A stretch of 64,000 nucleotides of DNA, taken from positions 1 to 64,000 of the forward strand of contig NIVC01002623.1 of the NCBI GenBank assembly GCA_002269645.1, in the 5' to 3' direction. Below the pieces are notes generated by a model. The model ran no database searches. It was not told where the DNA came from and was given only the letters and a program-made list of their open reading frames with translations. This DNA is from Macrostomum lignano. Taxonomy: Eukaryota. Shown in pieces: positions 48,894 to 59,736 of the stretch (the first letter of the stretch is position 1; every line of letters begins with the position of its first letter). A program made the translations under genes and the position numbers.

Positions 48894-51800
48894 ATGCTTG
48901 CTCAACTTGTTGCACCAATGCTACGGCTTCAGTCTATCTGGAGTAGCCACACTATGATGGCTGCTCTTCCCTTTGCCTCTACTTGTGCCACATCTTTTTA
49001 CCAATCTGCACTCAGACAGAATTCACTTCTGTCTGCTGCGCCAGCATGTCTGAGCTTTGGGCACCAACAGATTAGAGGCCTTAAGTACTATGACAAGTGA
49101 GTTCGAAATTTGCAACTAATTAATTGCAGCAATATATACACTGAAATCTGCCAGAGATTCACCCTGAGATCCACCTTCCCACCCCAGAGATTCACTCTGA
49201 GATCCGCCCTCCCCACCCAGAGATTCACTTAGATCTACCCTCCCCACCCAGAAATTCACTCTGAAATTCGCCCTCCATGCCCTAGAGATTCACTCTGAGA
49301 TCCGCCCTCCCCACCCCAGAGATTCACCCTGAGATCCGCCCTCCACCCAGAGATTCACCGCTGAGATTCACCCTCCCCACCCCAGAGATTCACTCTGAGA
49401 TCCGCCCTCCCCACCCCAGAGATTCACTTAGATCTACCCTCCCCACCCCAGAAATTCACTCTGAAATTCGCCCTCCATGCCCTAGAGATTCACTCTGAGA
49501 TCCGCCCTCCCCACCCCAGAGATTCACCCTGAGATCCGCCCTCCACCCAGAGATTCACCGCTGAGATTCACCCTCCCCACCCCAGAGATTCACTCTGAGA
49601 TCCGCCCTCCCCACCCCAGAGATTCACCCTGAGATCCGCCCTCCCCACCCCAGAGATTCACCGCTGAGATTCACCCTCCCCACCCCAGAGATTCACTCTG
49701 AGATCCGCCCTCCCCACCCCAGAGATTTACTCTGAGATCCGCCCTCCCCACCCCAGAGATTTACTCTGAGATTCACCCTCCCCACCCCAGAGATTCACTC
49801 TGAGATCCGCCCTCCCCACCCCAGAGATTCACCCTGAGATCCGCCCTCCCCACCCCAGAGATTCACCGCTGAGATTCACCCTCCCCACCCCAGAGATTCA
49901 CTCTGAGATCCGCCCTCCCCACCCCAGAGATTTACTCTGAGATCCGCCCTCCCCACCCCAGAGATTTACTCTGAGATTCACCCTCCCCACCCCAGAGATT
50001 TACTCTGAGATCCGCCCTCCCCACCCCAGAGATTTACCCTGAGATCCGCCCTCCCCACCCCAGAGATTTACTCTGAGATCCGCCCTCCCCACCCCAGAGA
50101 TTTACTCTGAGATTCACCCTCCCCACCCCAGAGATTTACTCTGAGATCCGCCCTCCCCACCCCAGAGATTTACCCTGAGATCCGCCCTCCCCACCCCAGA
50201 GATTTACTCTGAGATCCGCCCTCCCCACCCCAGAGATTTACTCTGAGATCCGCCCTCCCCACCCCAGAGATTCACTCTGAGATCCGCCCTCCCCACCCAG
50301 AGATTCACCGCTGAGATTCACCCTCCCCACCCCAGAGATTCACTCTGAGATCCGCCCTCCCCACCCCAGAGATTTACTCTGAGATCCGCCCTCCCCACCC
50401 CAGAGATTTACTCTGAGATTCACCCTCCCCACCCCAGAGATTTACTCTGAGATCCGCCCTCCCCACCCCAGAGATTCACCGCTGAAATTCACCCTCCCCA
50501 CCCCAGAGATTCACTCTGAGATCCGCCCTCCCCACCCCAGAGATTCACCGCTGAAATTCACCCTCCCCACCCCAGAGATTCACTCTGAGATCCGCCCTCC
50601 CCACCCCAGAGATTCACTCTGAGATCCGCCCTCCCCACCCCAGAGATTCACCGCTGAAATTCACCCTCCCCACCCCAGAGATTCACTCTGAGATCCGCCC
50701 TCCCCACCCCAGAGATTCACCGCTGAAATTCACCCTCCCCACCCCAGAGATTCACTCTGAGATCCGCCCTCCCCACCCCAGAGATTCACCGCTGAAATTC
50801 ACCCTCCCCACCCTAGAGATTCACTCTGAGATCCGCCCTCCCCACCCCAGAGATTTACCCTGAGATCCGCCCTCCCCACCCCAGAGATTTACTCTGAGAT
50901 CCGCCCTCCCCACCTCAGAGATTCACTCTGAGATCCGCCCTCCCCACCCCAGAGATTCACTCTGAGATTCACCCTCCCCACCCCAGAGATTCACCGCTGA
51001 AATTCACCCTCCCCATCCCAGAGATTCACTCTGAGATCCGCCCTCCCCACCCCAGAGATTTACTCTGAGATCCGCCCTCCCCACCCCAGAGATTTACTCT
51101 GAGATCCGCCCTCCCCACCCAGAGATTTACTCTGAGATCCGCCCTCCCCACCCCAGAGATTTACTCTGAGATCCGCCCTCCACCCAGAGATTCACCGCTG
51201 AGATTCACCCTCCCCACCCCAGAGATTCACTCTGAGATCCGCCCTCCCCACCCCAGAGATTCACTCTGAGATCCGCCCTCCCCACCCCAGAGATTCACCG
51301 CTGAAATTCACCCTCCCCACCCCAGAGATTCACTCTGAGATCCGCCCTCCCCACCCCAGAGATTTACTCTGAGATCCGCCCTCCCCACCCAGAGATTTAC
51401 TCTGAGATCCGCCCTCCCCACCCCAGAGATTTACTCTGAGATCCGCCCTCCCCACCCTAGAGATTTACTCTGAGATCCGCCCTCCCCACCCCAGAGATTT
51501 ACCCTGAGATCCGCCCTCCCCACCCCAGAGATTTACTCTGAGATCCGCCCTCCCCACCTCAGAGATTCACTCTGAGATCCGCCCTCCCCACCCCAGAGAT
51601 TCACTCTGAGATCCGCCCTCCCCACCCCAGAGATTCACCGCTGAAATTCACCCTCCCCACCCCAGAGATTCACTCTGAGATCCGCCCTCCCCACCCCAGA
51701 GATTTACTCTGAGATCCGCCCTCCCCACCCCAGAGATTTACTCTGAGATCCGCCCTCCCCACCCCAGAGATTTACTCTGAGATCCGCCCTCCCCACCCCA

Positions 51801-52063
51801 GAGATTTACTCTGAGATCCGCCCTCCACCCAGAGATTCACCGCTGAGATTCACCCTCCCCACCCCAGAGATTCACTATGAGATCCGCCCTCCCCACCCAG
51901 GCTGCGCAAGCGCTGCCGGCACTGCTACTTCGAACGCAACCCGGCGGGCTTCCTGACCATCCAGTGCCCGATGCACCCGAGGCACAAGCAGCAGGAGAAG
52001 CCGCGGCCGCCCAGTCCCAAGTGGGCCTTCAAGCGGCACATTTACAAAAGCGTCAACTGGTGA
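48894..52063 (+). CDS. MRPL36: Mitochondrial ribosomal protein L36 (bL36m), 121 aa, two exons
   Basis: Exon 1 48894-49096 (transit-peptide-like, ends RGLKYYD-AA|gtgagt); exon 2 51901-52063 (cccag|G LRKRCRHCYFERNPAGFLTIQCPMHPRHKQQ...). Phase 2 matches; CxxC...C.xH zinc ribbon and HPRHKQ are diagnostic of bL36. Confidence 0.9.
49150..51900. repeat. ~34-bp satellite x~80 filling the MRPL36 intron (CTGAGATCCGCCCTCCCCACCCCAGAGATTCACT)
   Basis: Read directly; variants of 31-35 bp. Confidence 0.95.
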
Positions 52064-52265
52064 CCGAATTGCAGGCATCTTAGTCATCAACTGCTCATGA
52101 TTATAACTGAATTCAGCTTGCAGTTCTAGTTTATCATTATTATTTATTATGTTATAAAAAACTTAAATATAAATCGTACGAAAATGTACATTTCTTATAT
52201 AGATGCATTCACGCCTGAAAAAAACGTTCCCGTTTGACTTTGATGACTTGTTTTTTTATTTCAAA

Positions 52266-54629
52266 TTATTTATTATTGGCGAAACCGCCAGGTGGCTGTT
52301 TGTCATTGTCATTTGAAATGCTTTCAATATGGCTAACGGATAAGCTACATAAAACCAACACCACCACCAGCAGCCCATAGAGTGAACCCAACAACACCAC
52401 AACTAGCCCATAGAGTGAACCCAACACCACCACAACTAGCCCATAGAGTGAACCCAACACCACCACAACTAGCCCATCGAGTGAACCCAACACCACCACA
52501 ACTAGCCCATAGAGTGAACCCAACACCACCACAACTAGCCCATAGAGTGAACCCAACAACACCACAACTAGCCCATCGAGTGAACCCAACACCACCACAA
52601 CTAGCCCATAGAGTGAACCCAACACCACCACAACTAGCCCATCGAGTGAACCCAACAACACCACAACTAGCCCATAGAGTGAACCCAACAACACCACAAC
52701 TAGCCTATAGAGTGAACCCAACACCACCACAACTAGCCCATAGAGTGAACCCAACACCACCACAACTAGCCCATAGAGTGAACCCAACACCACCACAACT
52801 AGCCCATAGAGTGAACCCAACAACACCACAACTAGCCTATAGAGTGAACCCAACACCACCACAACTAGCTCATAGAGTGAACCCAACAACACCACAACTA
52901 GCCCATCGAGTGAACCCAACACCACCACAACTAGCCCATAGAGTGAACCCAACAACACCACAACTAGCCTATAGAGTGAACCCAACACCACCACAACTAG
53001 CTCATAGAGTGAACCCAACACCACCACCAGAGTTCATAGAGTGAACCCAACACCAACCAGCAGCCAGTAGAGTGAACCCAACACCACCACCAGAAGTCCA
53101 ACGAGTGAACCCAACACCACCACCAGAAGTCCAACGAGTGAACCCAACACCACCACCAGAAGTCCAACGAGTGAACCCAACAGCACCAGATCAAGTCCAA
53201 CGAGTGAACCCAACAGCACCAGATCAAGTCCAACGAGTGAACCCAACAGCACCAGATCAAGTCCAACGAGTGAACCCAACACCACCACCAGAAGTCCAAC
53301 GAGTGAACCCAACAGCACCAGATCAAGTCCAACGAGTGAACCCAACAGCACCAGATCAAGTCCAACGAGTGAACCCAACAGCACCAGATCAAGTCCAACG
53401 AGTGAACCCAACAGCACCAGATCAAGTCCAACGAGTGAACCCAACACCACCACCAGAAGTCCAACGAGTGAACCCAACAGCACCAGATCAAGTCCATCGA
53501 GTGAACCCAACAGCACCAGATCAAGTCCAACGAGTGAACCCAGCAGCACCAAAAGTCCAACGAGTGAACCCAACAGCACCAGATCAAGTCCAACGAGTGA
53601 ACCCAACACCACCACCAGAAGTCCAACGAGTGAACCCAACAGCACCAGATCAAGTCCAACGAGTGAACCCAACAGCACCAGATCAAGTCCAACGAGTGAA
53701 CCCAACAGCACCAGATCAAGTCCAACGAGTGAACCCAACAGCACCAGATCAAGTCCAACGAGTGAACCCAACACCACCACCAGAAGTCCAACGAGTGAAC
53801 CCAACAGCACCAGATCAAGTCCAACGAGTGAACCCAACAGCACCAGATCAAGTCCAACGAGTGAACCCAACAGCACCAGATCAAGTCCAACGAGTGAACC
53901 CAACAGCACCAGATCAAGTCCAACGAGTGAACCCAACAGCACCAGATCAAGTCCAACGAGTGAACCCAACACCACCACCAGAAGTCCAACGAGTGAACCC
54001 AACAGCACCAGATCAAGTCCATCGAGTGAACCCAACAGCACCAGATCAAGTCCAACGAGTGAACCCAGCAGCACCAAAAGTCCATCGAGTGAACCTAATG
54101 CCGTTCGTCATCTCTGCGTATCTCTCGGCCTTCTGTCGCTATCGCGGCGAGATCTTTAACTTGCTGATGCTTTTAGAATCGATTAAATTTTGTTAATTTG
54201 ATTCAATTCCTATAAAAAATAATGCGCAGCAAAGCTCTTTATGTTGGCATTTTGGCATTTTTGTCAGACTCAGACTTTATACTGGCATTTAGCTGTTTTC
54301 CATAGACAAAAAAGCTGTTCTCTGCTTTGAGCCAACTCTGTTCGTCCCCGTCTTTCTCGTCTCACTCGCAAGCCTAGTCGTGCATCAATTGATACTTACT
54401 TGCGTTCTAAACGATACGGACTTTGAAAACGATTCAGGCTGTGGGAATAAAGACAAAACAGACTCACCGTCTCGAAGATGCGCTATTGCGAGATGTCAGG
54501 TAAAGTGCAATTTTTGTCTGAGCCTAATCATATTCTAAACATTAATAAAAATTTTGGCCGTTTTAGCGCCCCAGGTACGAGTATAGTACACAGAAAACAT
54601 ACTTAGCAAAAAACGCTTTGAAACTACTT
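52266..54629 (-). other. Candidate 3' end of a spliced gene with micro-exons (27, 15, 39 nt) and a terminal exon
   Basis: Exons 54629-54603 (CAG/GTATGT), 54482-54468 (TAG/GTGAGT), 54438-54400 (CAG/GTAAGT), 52344-52266 (TAG acceptor, stop, AATAAA). All phase 2 and open only in that phase. No start codon found. Confidence 0.4.
52360..54095. repeat. 33-bp satellite, two sub-arrays (…CACAACTAGCCCATAG… to ~53040; …AGATCAAGTCCAACG… after ~53070)
   Basis: Shared core AGTGAACCCAACA; degenerate units at the junction. Confidence 0.95.
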
Positions 54630-54719
54630 CTGGGAGAAATCAGTCAGTAGTATAGAGATGGCCATAGACAATACATGTAAATACGGAGCCAGCCAGCTAA
54701 ATATGGTTCACAAGGCACA

Positions 54720-55172
54720 ATGTTTCCCGCGGCAGCCGTCACTGGCCTCCTGATGACGCTGCTGTGGGCCCAGCTGGCCGCCGCTGCTCCCATCTCCATC
54801 GAGATCGACAACCCGCCGCTGCTCTTGTCGCCCGGCAACAGCCAGCCGCTGAGTCCGAGCCGTCTGAAATCGTTGCGTCTGGTGCAGATGTACCGCAGCC
54901 GGGAAACGCTGTTCGTGAAGGAGATCTGCATCGGCTGCGGCCCCGACCGCATCTGCACCCGGCGCTTCCGGCCGGCCTTCTTCGGCCTGCTGGCCTCCAC
55001 GTCCATAGCGGTGTTCGTCATCGTCAGTCTCGTGCTGGCCACCCTGGTGAAGCGGCGGCGCCTGCAGGCCAAGCAGTTCGCCAGACCCGCTGCGTCCAAG
55101 CAGGCAGCTGAGCTCGTCTGCGGCGATGCGGCTGCTCAGGACTGCCCGGTGAAACCCGCGCTGAACTGCTGA
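54720..55172 (+). CDS. Small type I membrane protein D (150 aa)
   Basis: Signal MFPAAAVTGLLMTLLWAQLAAA; FVKEICIGCGPDRICTRRFRPAFF; TM GLLASTSIAVFVIVSLVLATLV; KRRR; GC-rich codon usage. Confidence 0.8.
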   Translation: MFPAAAVTGLLMTLLWAQLAAAAPISIEIDNPPLLLSPGNSQPLSPSRLKSLRLVQMYRSRETLFVKEICIGCGPDRICTRRFRPAFFGLLASTSIAVFVIVSLVLATLVKRRRLQAKQFARPAASKQAAELVCGDAAAQDCPVKPALNC

Positions 55173-55219
55173 GGCTGTCTGAGACTGGGACTGATTGGTG
55201 AGTTTGGTTTGACAGATTT

Positions 55220-55271
55220 GGTAGATAGATAGATAAATAGATAGATAGATAGATAGGTAGATGGATAGATG

Positions 55272-55304
<33 letters not shown>

Positions 55305-55305
55305 G

Positions 55306-55343
<38 letters not shown>

Positions 55344-55430
55344 TATAGATAGATAGATAGATAGATAGATAGATGGATAGATAGATAGATAGATAGATAG
55401 ACAGATATATAGATAGATAGATAGATAGAC

Positions 55431-55463
<33 letters not shown>

Positions 55464-55464
55464 T

Positions 55465-55561
<97 letters not shown>

Positions 55562-55584
55562 CAGATATATAGATAGATAGATAT

Positions 55585-55677
<93 letters not shown>

Positions 55678-55700
55678 CAGATATATAGATAGATAGATAT

Positions 55701-55749
<49 letters not shown>

Positions 55750-55756
55750 CAGATAT

Positions 55757-55793
<37 letters not shown>

Positions 55794-55889
55794 CAGATAT
55801 ATAGATAGATAGATAGATAGATAGACAGATATATAGATAGATAGATAGATAGATAGACAGATACATAGATAGATAGATAGATAGATAGA
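55220..55889. repeat. (GATA)n microsatellite, ~670 bp, with GACA/TATA interruptions
   Basis: Read directly. Confidence 0.97.
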
Positions 55890-56338
55890 CTGATGGATCT
55901 CCCTTAATTTAATTTCAGACCGCAAAGCCGTGAATTACTCAGCAAATTCTTCGTTCAAATTGCATCGACCCGGGACCGGCAGATCTGCGGGCGCATGACA
56001 CGAAAACGAGTTAAGAAACTGGGCAGCTCAGTCTGCCCCTATCGCAGCCCGTACTAACCATAAGCCTGTAACTACCCGCCCGAGACAAACCGCAAGCAGG
56101 CATTCCCGCGTTGTTTTTTTTCACTTTACTTTGCTTCCCAACCCGCGCCACCCGGCTGCTCTGAGCACTCAGAGCCTGGCCGTTCGACCTGACGTACTGA
56201 AGTAATTCAGACCAATACAAATATCCATACGTGTAAATACATAAATATGCTGGATGAAACTGAGTTCGGCTTACACTTATCAGTCTGGGTCTTTGTTGTT
56301 TTTTGCTACATATTGACAAAAGTTGAGTGCAATGTGAC

Positions 56339-56578
56339 CAACCCTGTGCAACCCTGTGCAGCCCTGTGCAACCCTGTGCAACCCTGTGCAACCCTGTGCA
56401 GCCCTGTGCAACCCTGTGCAACCCTGTGCAACCCTGTGCAGCCCTGTGCAACCCTGTGCAACCCTGTGCAGCCCTGTGCAGCCCTGTGCAACCCTGTGCA
56501 ACCCTGTGCAACCCTGTGCAGCCCTGTGCAACCCTGTGCAACCCTGTGCAGCCCTGTGCAACCCTGTGCAACCCTGTA
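56339..56578. repeat. 10-bp tandem repeat ([A/G]CCCTGTGCA) x~24
   Basis: Read directly. Confidence 0.95.
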
Positions 56579-56993
56579 CAAAAGGAGTGACCCCCTGCAC
56601 GCCCCTAGCACATCTGCAGACTTCACGGTATTTCGCACAACAGCCTACTGCCGGCCAAGTGAGTAGCATAATAAGTTGATAAAGCAGAAAGATCTCAAAG
56701 CCGATCAGCCCGAGTGTTTGGCCAACATCTGTCGCTCTCTCTGGGCGATTAAAACTTGCGATAAGCGGGAAATCCGACCACTGAGTGGCCGAGTTCAGCG
56801 TTTTTAAATGCCTGCTTGAGCACCTGAAGGAGATGGGAGCTGGGACTCCAGATTTCATTCAAAGATTTCCTACTATTGTTGGGAAATCTGTTTCTGGTTT
56901 TGTTGTTTGGTCCTGACCCTCGGCCTCAAGCTGGGCAAACTCACGTTTGGGACTCAAAATCAAATAAAAATGCTCCTTTTCTCTTTGTAGATC

Positions 56994-57755
56994 GTGCAGT
57001 GAGTAGATTGTGCAGTTTGTAGATTTTGCAGTTTGTAGATTGTGCAGTTTGTAGATTGTGCAGTTTGTAGATTGTGCAGTTTGTAGATTGTGCAGTTTGT
57101 AGATTGTGCAGTTTGTAGGCTGTGCAGTGAGTAGATTGTGCAGTTTGTAGGCTGTGCAGTGAGTAGATTGTGCAGTTTGTAGGCTGTGCAGTGAGTAGAT
57201 TGTGCAGTTTGTAGGCTGTGCAGTGAGTAGATTGTGCAGTTTGTAGGCTGTGCAGTGAGTAGATTGTGCAGTTTGTAAATTGTGCAATTTGTAGATTGTG
57301 CAGTGAGTAGATTGTGCAGTTTGTAGATTGTGCAGTGAGTAGATTGTGCAGTTTGTAGATTGTGCAGTGAGTAGATTGTGCAGTTTGTAGATTGTGCAGT
57401 TTGTAGATTGTGCAGTTTGTAGATTGTGCAGTTTGTAGGCTGTGCAGTGAGTAGATTGTGCAGTTTGTAGGCTGTGCAGTGAGTAGATTGTGCAGTTTGT
57501 AGGCTGTGCAGTGAGTAGATTGTGCAGTTTGTAGATTGTGCAGTTTGTAGATTGTGCAGTTTGTAGATTGTGCAGTTTGTAGATTGTGCAGTTTGTAGAT
57601 TGTGCAGTTTGTAGGCTGTGCAGTTTGTAGATTGTGCTGTTTGTAGGCTGTGCAGTTTGTAGGCTGTGCAGTTTGTAGGCTGTGCAGTTTGTAGGCTGTG
57701 CAGTTTGTAGGCTGTGCAGTTTGTAGGCTGTGCAGTTTGTAGGCTGTGCAGTTTT
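56994..57755. repeat. 16-bp tandem repeat (AG[AT/GC]TGTGCAGT[TT/GA]GT) x~47
   Basis: Read directly. Confidence 0.95.
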
Positions 57756-58819
57756 TAGCATGTGAAAGTGCCTTCTCTGCGCAATGAAATTTCAAGCTTG
57801 CAAAAGAAGCGCGGACTGCTTTCCTGCTTTGTGTGCAGAATATTTTTATTAATGAAAAGCAGGTGCTAAAATTCTGTGATTGAGTTCGCTACCTGCAGCG
57901 GAAAAAATCACAAAAATCACAAAAAATCGACCAATTTCTCTCGATATCAGCCCGCAGGCCGGGGCTGGGAATTCTGAGCAGCCTTCTCCAACCCGGCCGC
58001 CTCTTGAAGTGGCTCTGGTAGGTGGAGAGCAGGGCCGGTCTTTCGGCTCGCAGCTGGAAATTGAAACCAGCATTGAGTTTCACGCTGAGCAGAGTGCCTT
58101 GACTGGCTTTTGTCTGCTGCTGCTGCTACCTGCTCACTTTTGCTAATTAAAATTTCCTCTTTTTCTCCCATTGAAAACTGGCAGCAGACACAAAGGCAAA
58201 CGAGGAGTTGCTTTGTCAGTTTCAGCCATTGTCTGACTGCCAGAAGTGCCAATTTCTAAGAAACCACTTCCAATCTCGAGCTCGAGAATGAGCCAGATTA
58301 GAATTTCGAATTTTTTATTTTGATAATTTAATAAATTAATAATTCCCTGTTGATTCATTCGAGACGGAAAAGGTGTGTGAAAAATTTGTAGTCATTCAAA
58401 GCCAATTCATTGCCGGACTGATAACAAAGGGCCGGACTAAGTTTGCCGCGACTCCTTGAGTAGGCTCGGATTTCCCGTGTCTGGCTGACAGCTCCAGCCA
58501 AAATCTGCCCGCCTGTTTGCTGACTTGGATAACCCTCTGCGCCAGGACAGGACCAGCTCTCAAGCACTTGACATTGTCTATCTGACGAATCTGTTTTAAA
58601 GAGACTCGATGGCCCTCGTTGCTGGCCTGATGGTCGTTCAATCATTTGGCTGGACATTCCGCTGAAGGTGTCTTGCGTTGACAATGCCACCCCAAGCCGG
58701 TGTTTGCAGAAGAGATTGCCTGGACTGATTTTAGATTCTGTTATAGCGATTTGTAATGAGCCTGCTCAATCACAGCTCCGTTCAAGGCAAACTTGAAAGA
58801 AGATTCTCTCTCTCTTATC

Positions 58820-59080
58820 TCCTTGATGGAGATGGGAGGAAGTGAAAGGAGAGAGAGGAGAGAGAGGCAGGAGCAGAGGCGGGAGAGAGACACGGGAGAG
58901 GGAGAGGCGGGAGAGGGAGAGAGGCAAAACTAGGCGGTAGAGGGAGGCGGGAGAGGAAGAGACGGGAGAGAGAGGCGGGAGAGGAAGAGGCGGGAGAGGG
59001 AGAGGCGGGAGATGGAGAGGCGGGAAAGAGAGGCGGAAGAGAGAGAGAGGCGAAAGAAGGAGAGTGAGAAAGGTAGATGT
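58820..59080. repeat. GA-rich low-complexity tract
   Basis: GGAGAG/GAGGCGG motifs. Confidence 0.8.
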
Positions 59081-59736
59081 AGTGCAAGAGGCGCACATGT
59101 AGAAGCAGAGACTCAATTACGAAGCAAAAATATCCAATGCGGGAGACTTCAAGCGCAGTTGGGTCCCCAGCAAAGTTGATTAAAAAGAGATTGACCGGGG
59201 CCGCCCCCAGAGTTGGTTGGCAGTTGAAATTGAGAATAATTGGATCTCTTGAGAGGGAAATAAGACAGAAATTTCTTATTAATCAACTTCTTCTCGCGCC
59301 GGCGCGGCCCCCGCCCGCGGACCGCCCGCTGCTCGTTGAGTGGATGGCGGGAGGCTGCGGTGATGAAGCCGAGAGGCAGGCAGGCTGGGACAATGCGCGG
59401 CCGGTGACGGCTACGGGTCCCTGGCTGCTTCTCTCCGCGCTCTCGAAAAGCAAATTGGGGGTATCGGTTCCACAGCCTCATTCCAGGCTGGCGGGGGTCC
59501 CTTGAAGAGCTTCTCCGGGCGGGGGGGGGGCATCCTCCAGCTTGAGCAGCGGGCGAGCGAGCCCAGGACCTCAGGTGTCGCAACCCTGGCTGAAGAGGAC
59601 CGGAACTGCATGGGCGAGGGAGAAGCCTCAGCTGTTGCCACCCCGGGGAAGTCAGTCAGTTGCGTTTTGTTGCTGTCAGTCACTTGTGCTCTGTGTCTCG
59701 GTTTTGAGCTGTGAATTTGACGGCAATAAAATCCGT

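Noticed and set aside
52266-54196. Long ORFs NPTAPDQVQRV / LVLLGSLVG / mucin-like SEPNSTRSSPT
   Set aside because: A 33-bp satellite keeps several frames open. The mucin frame has TAG in most left-hand units, and no start or signal exon was found. More likely intronic.
54708-55925. 405-aa and 280-aa IYLS-repeat ORFs
   Set aside because: Translation of (GATA)n, antisense to gene D.
56011-57795. AQGCTGLHR / TAQSTNC repeat ORFs
   Set aside because: Translations of 10- and 16-bp repeats.
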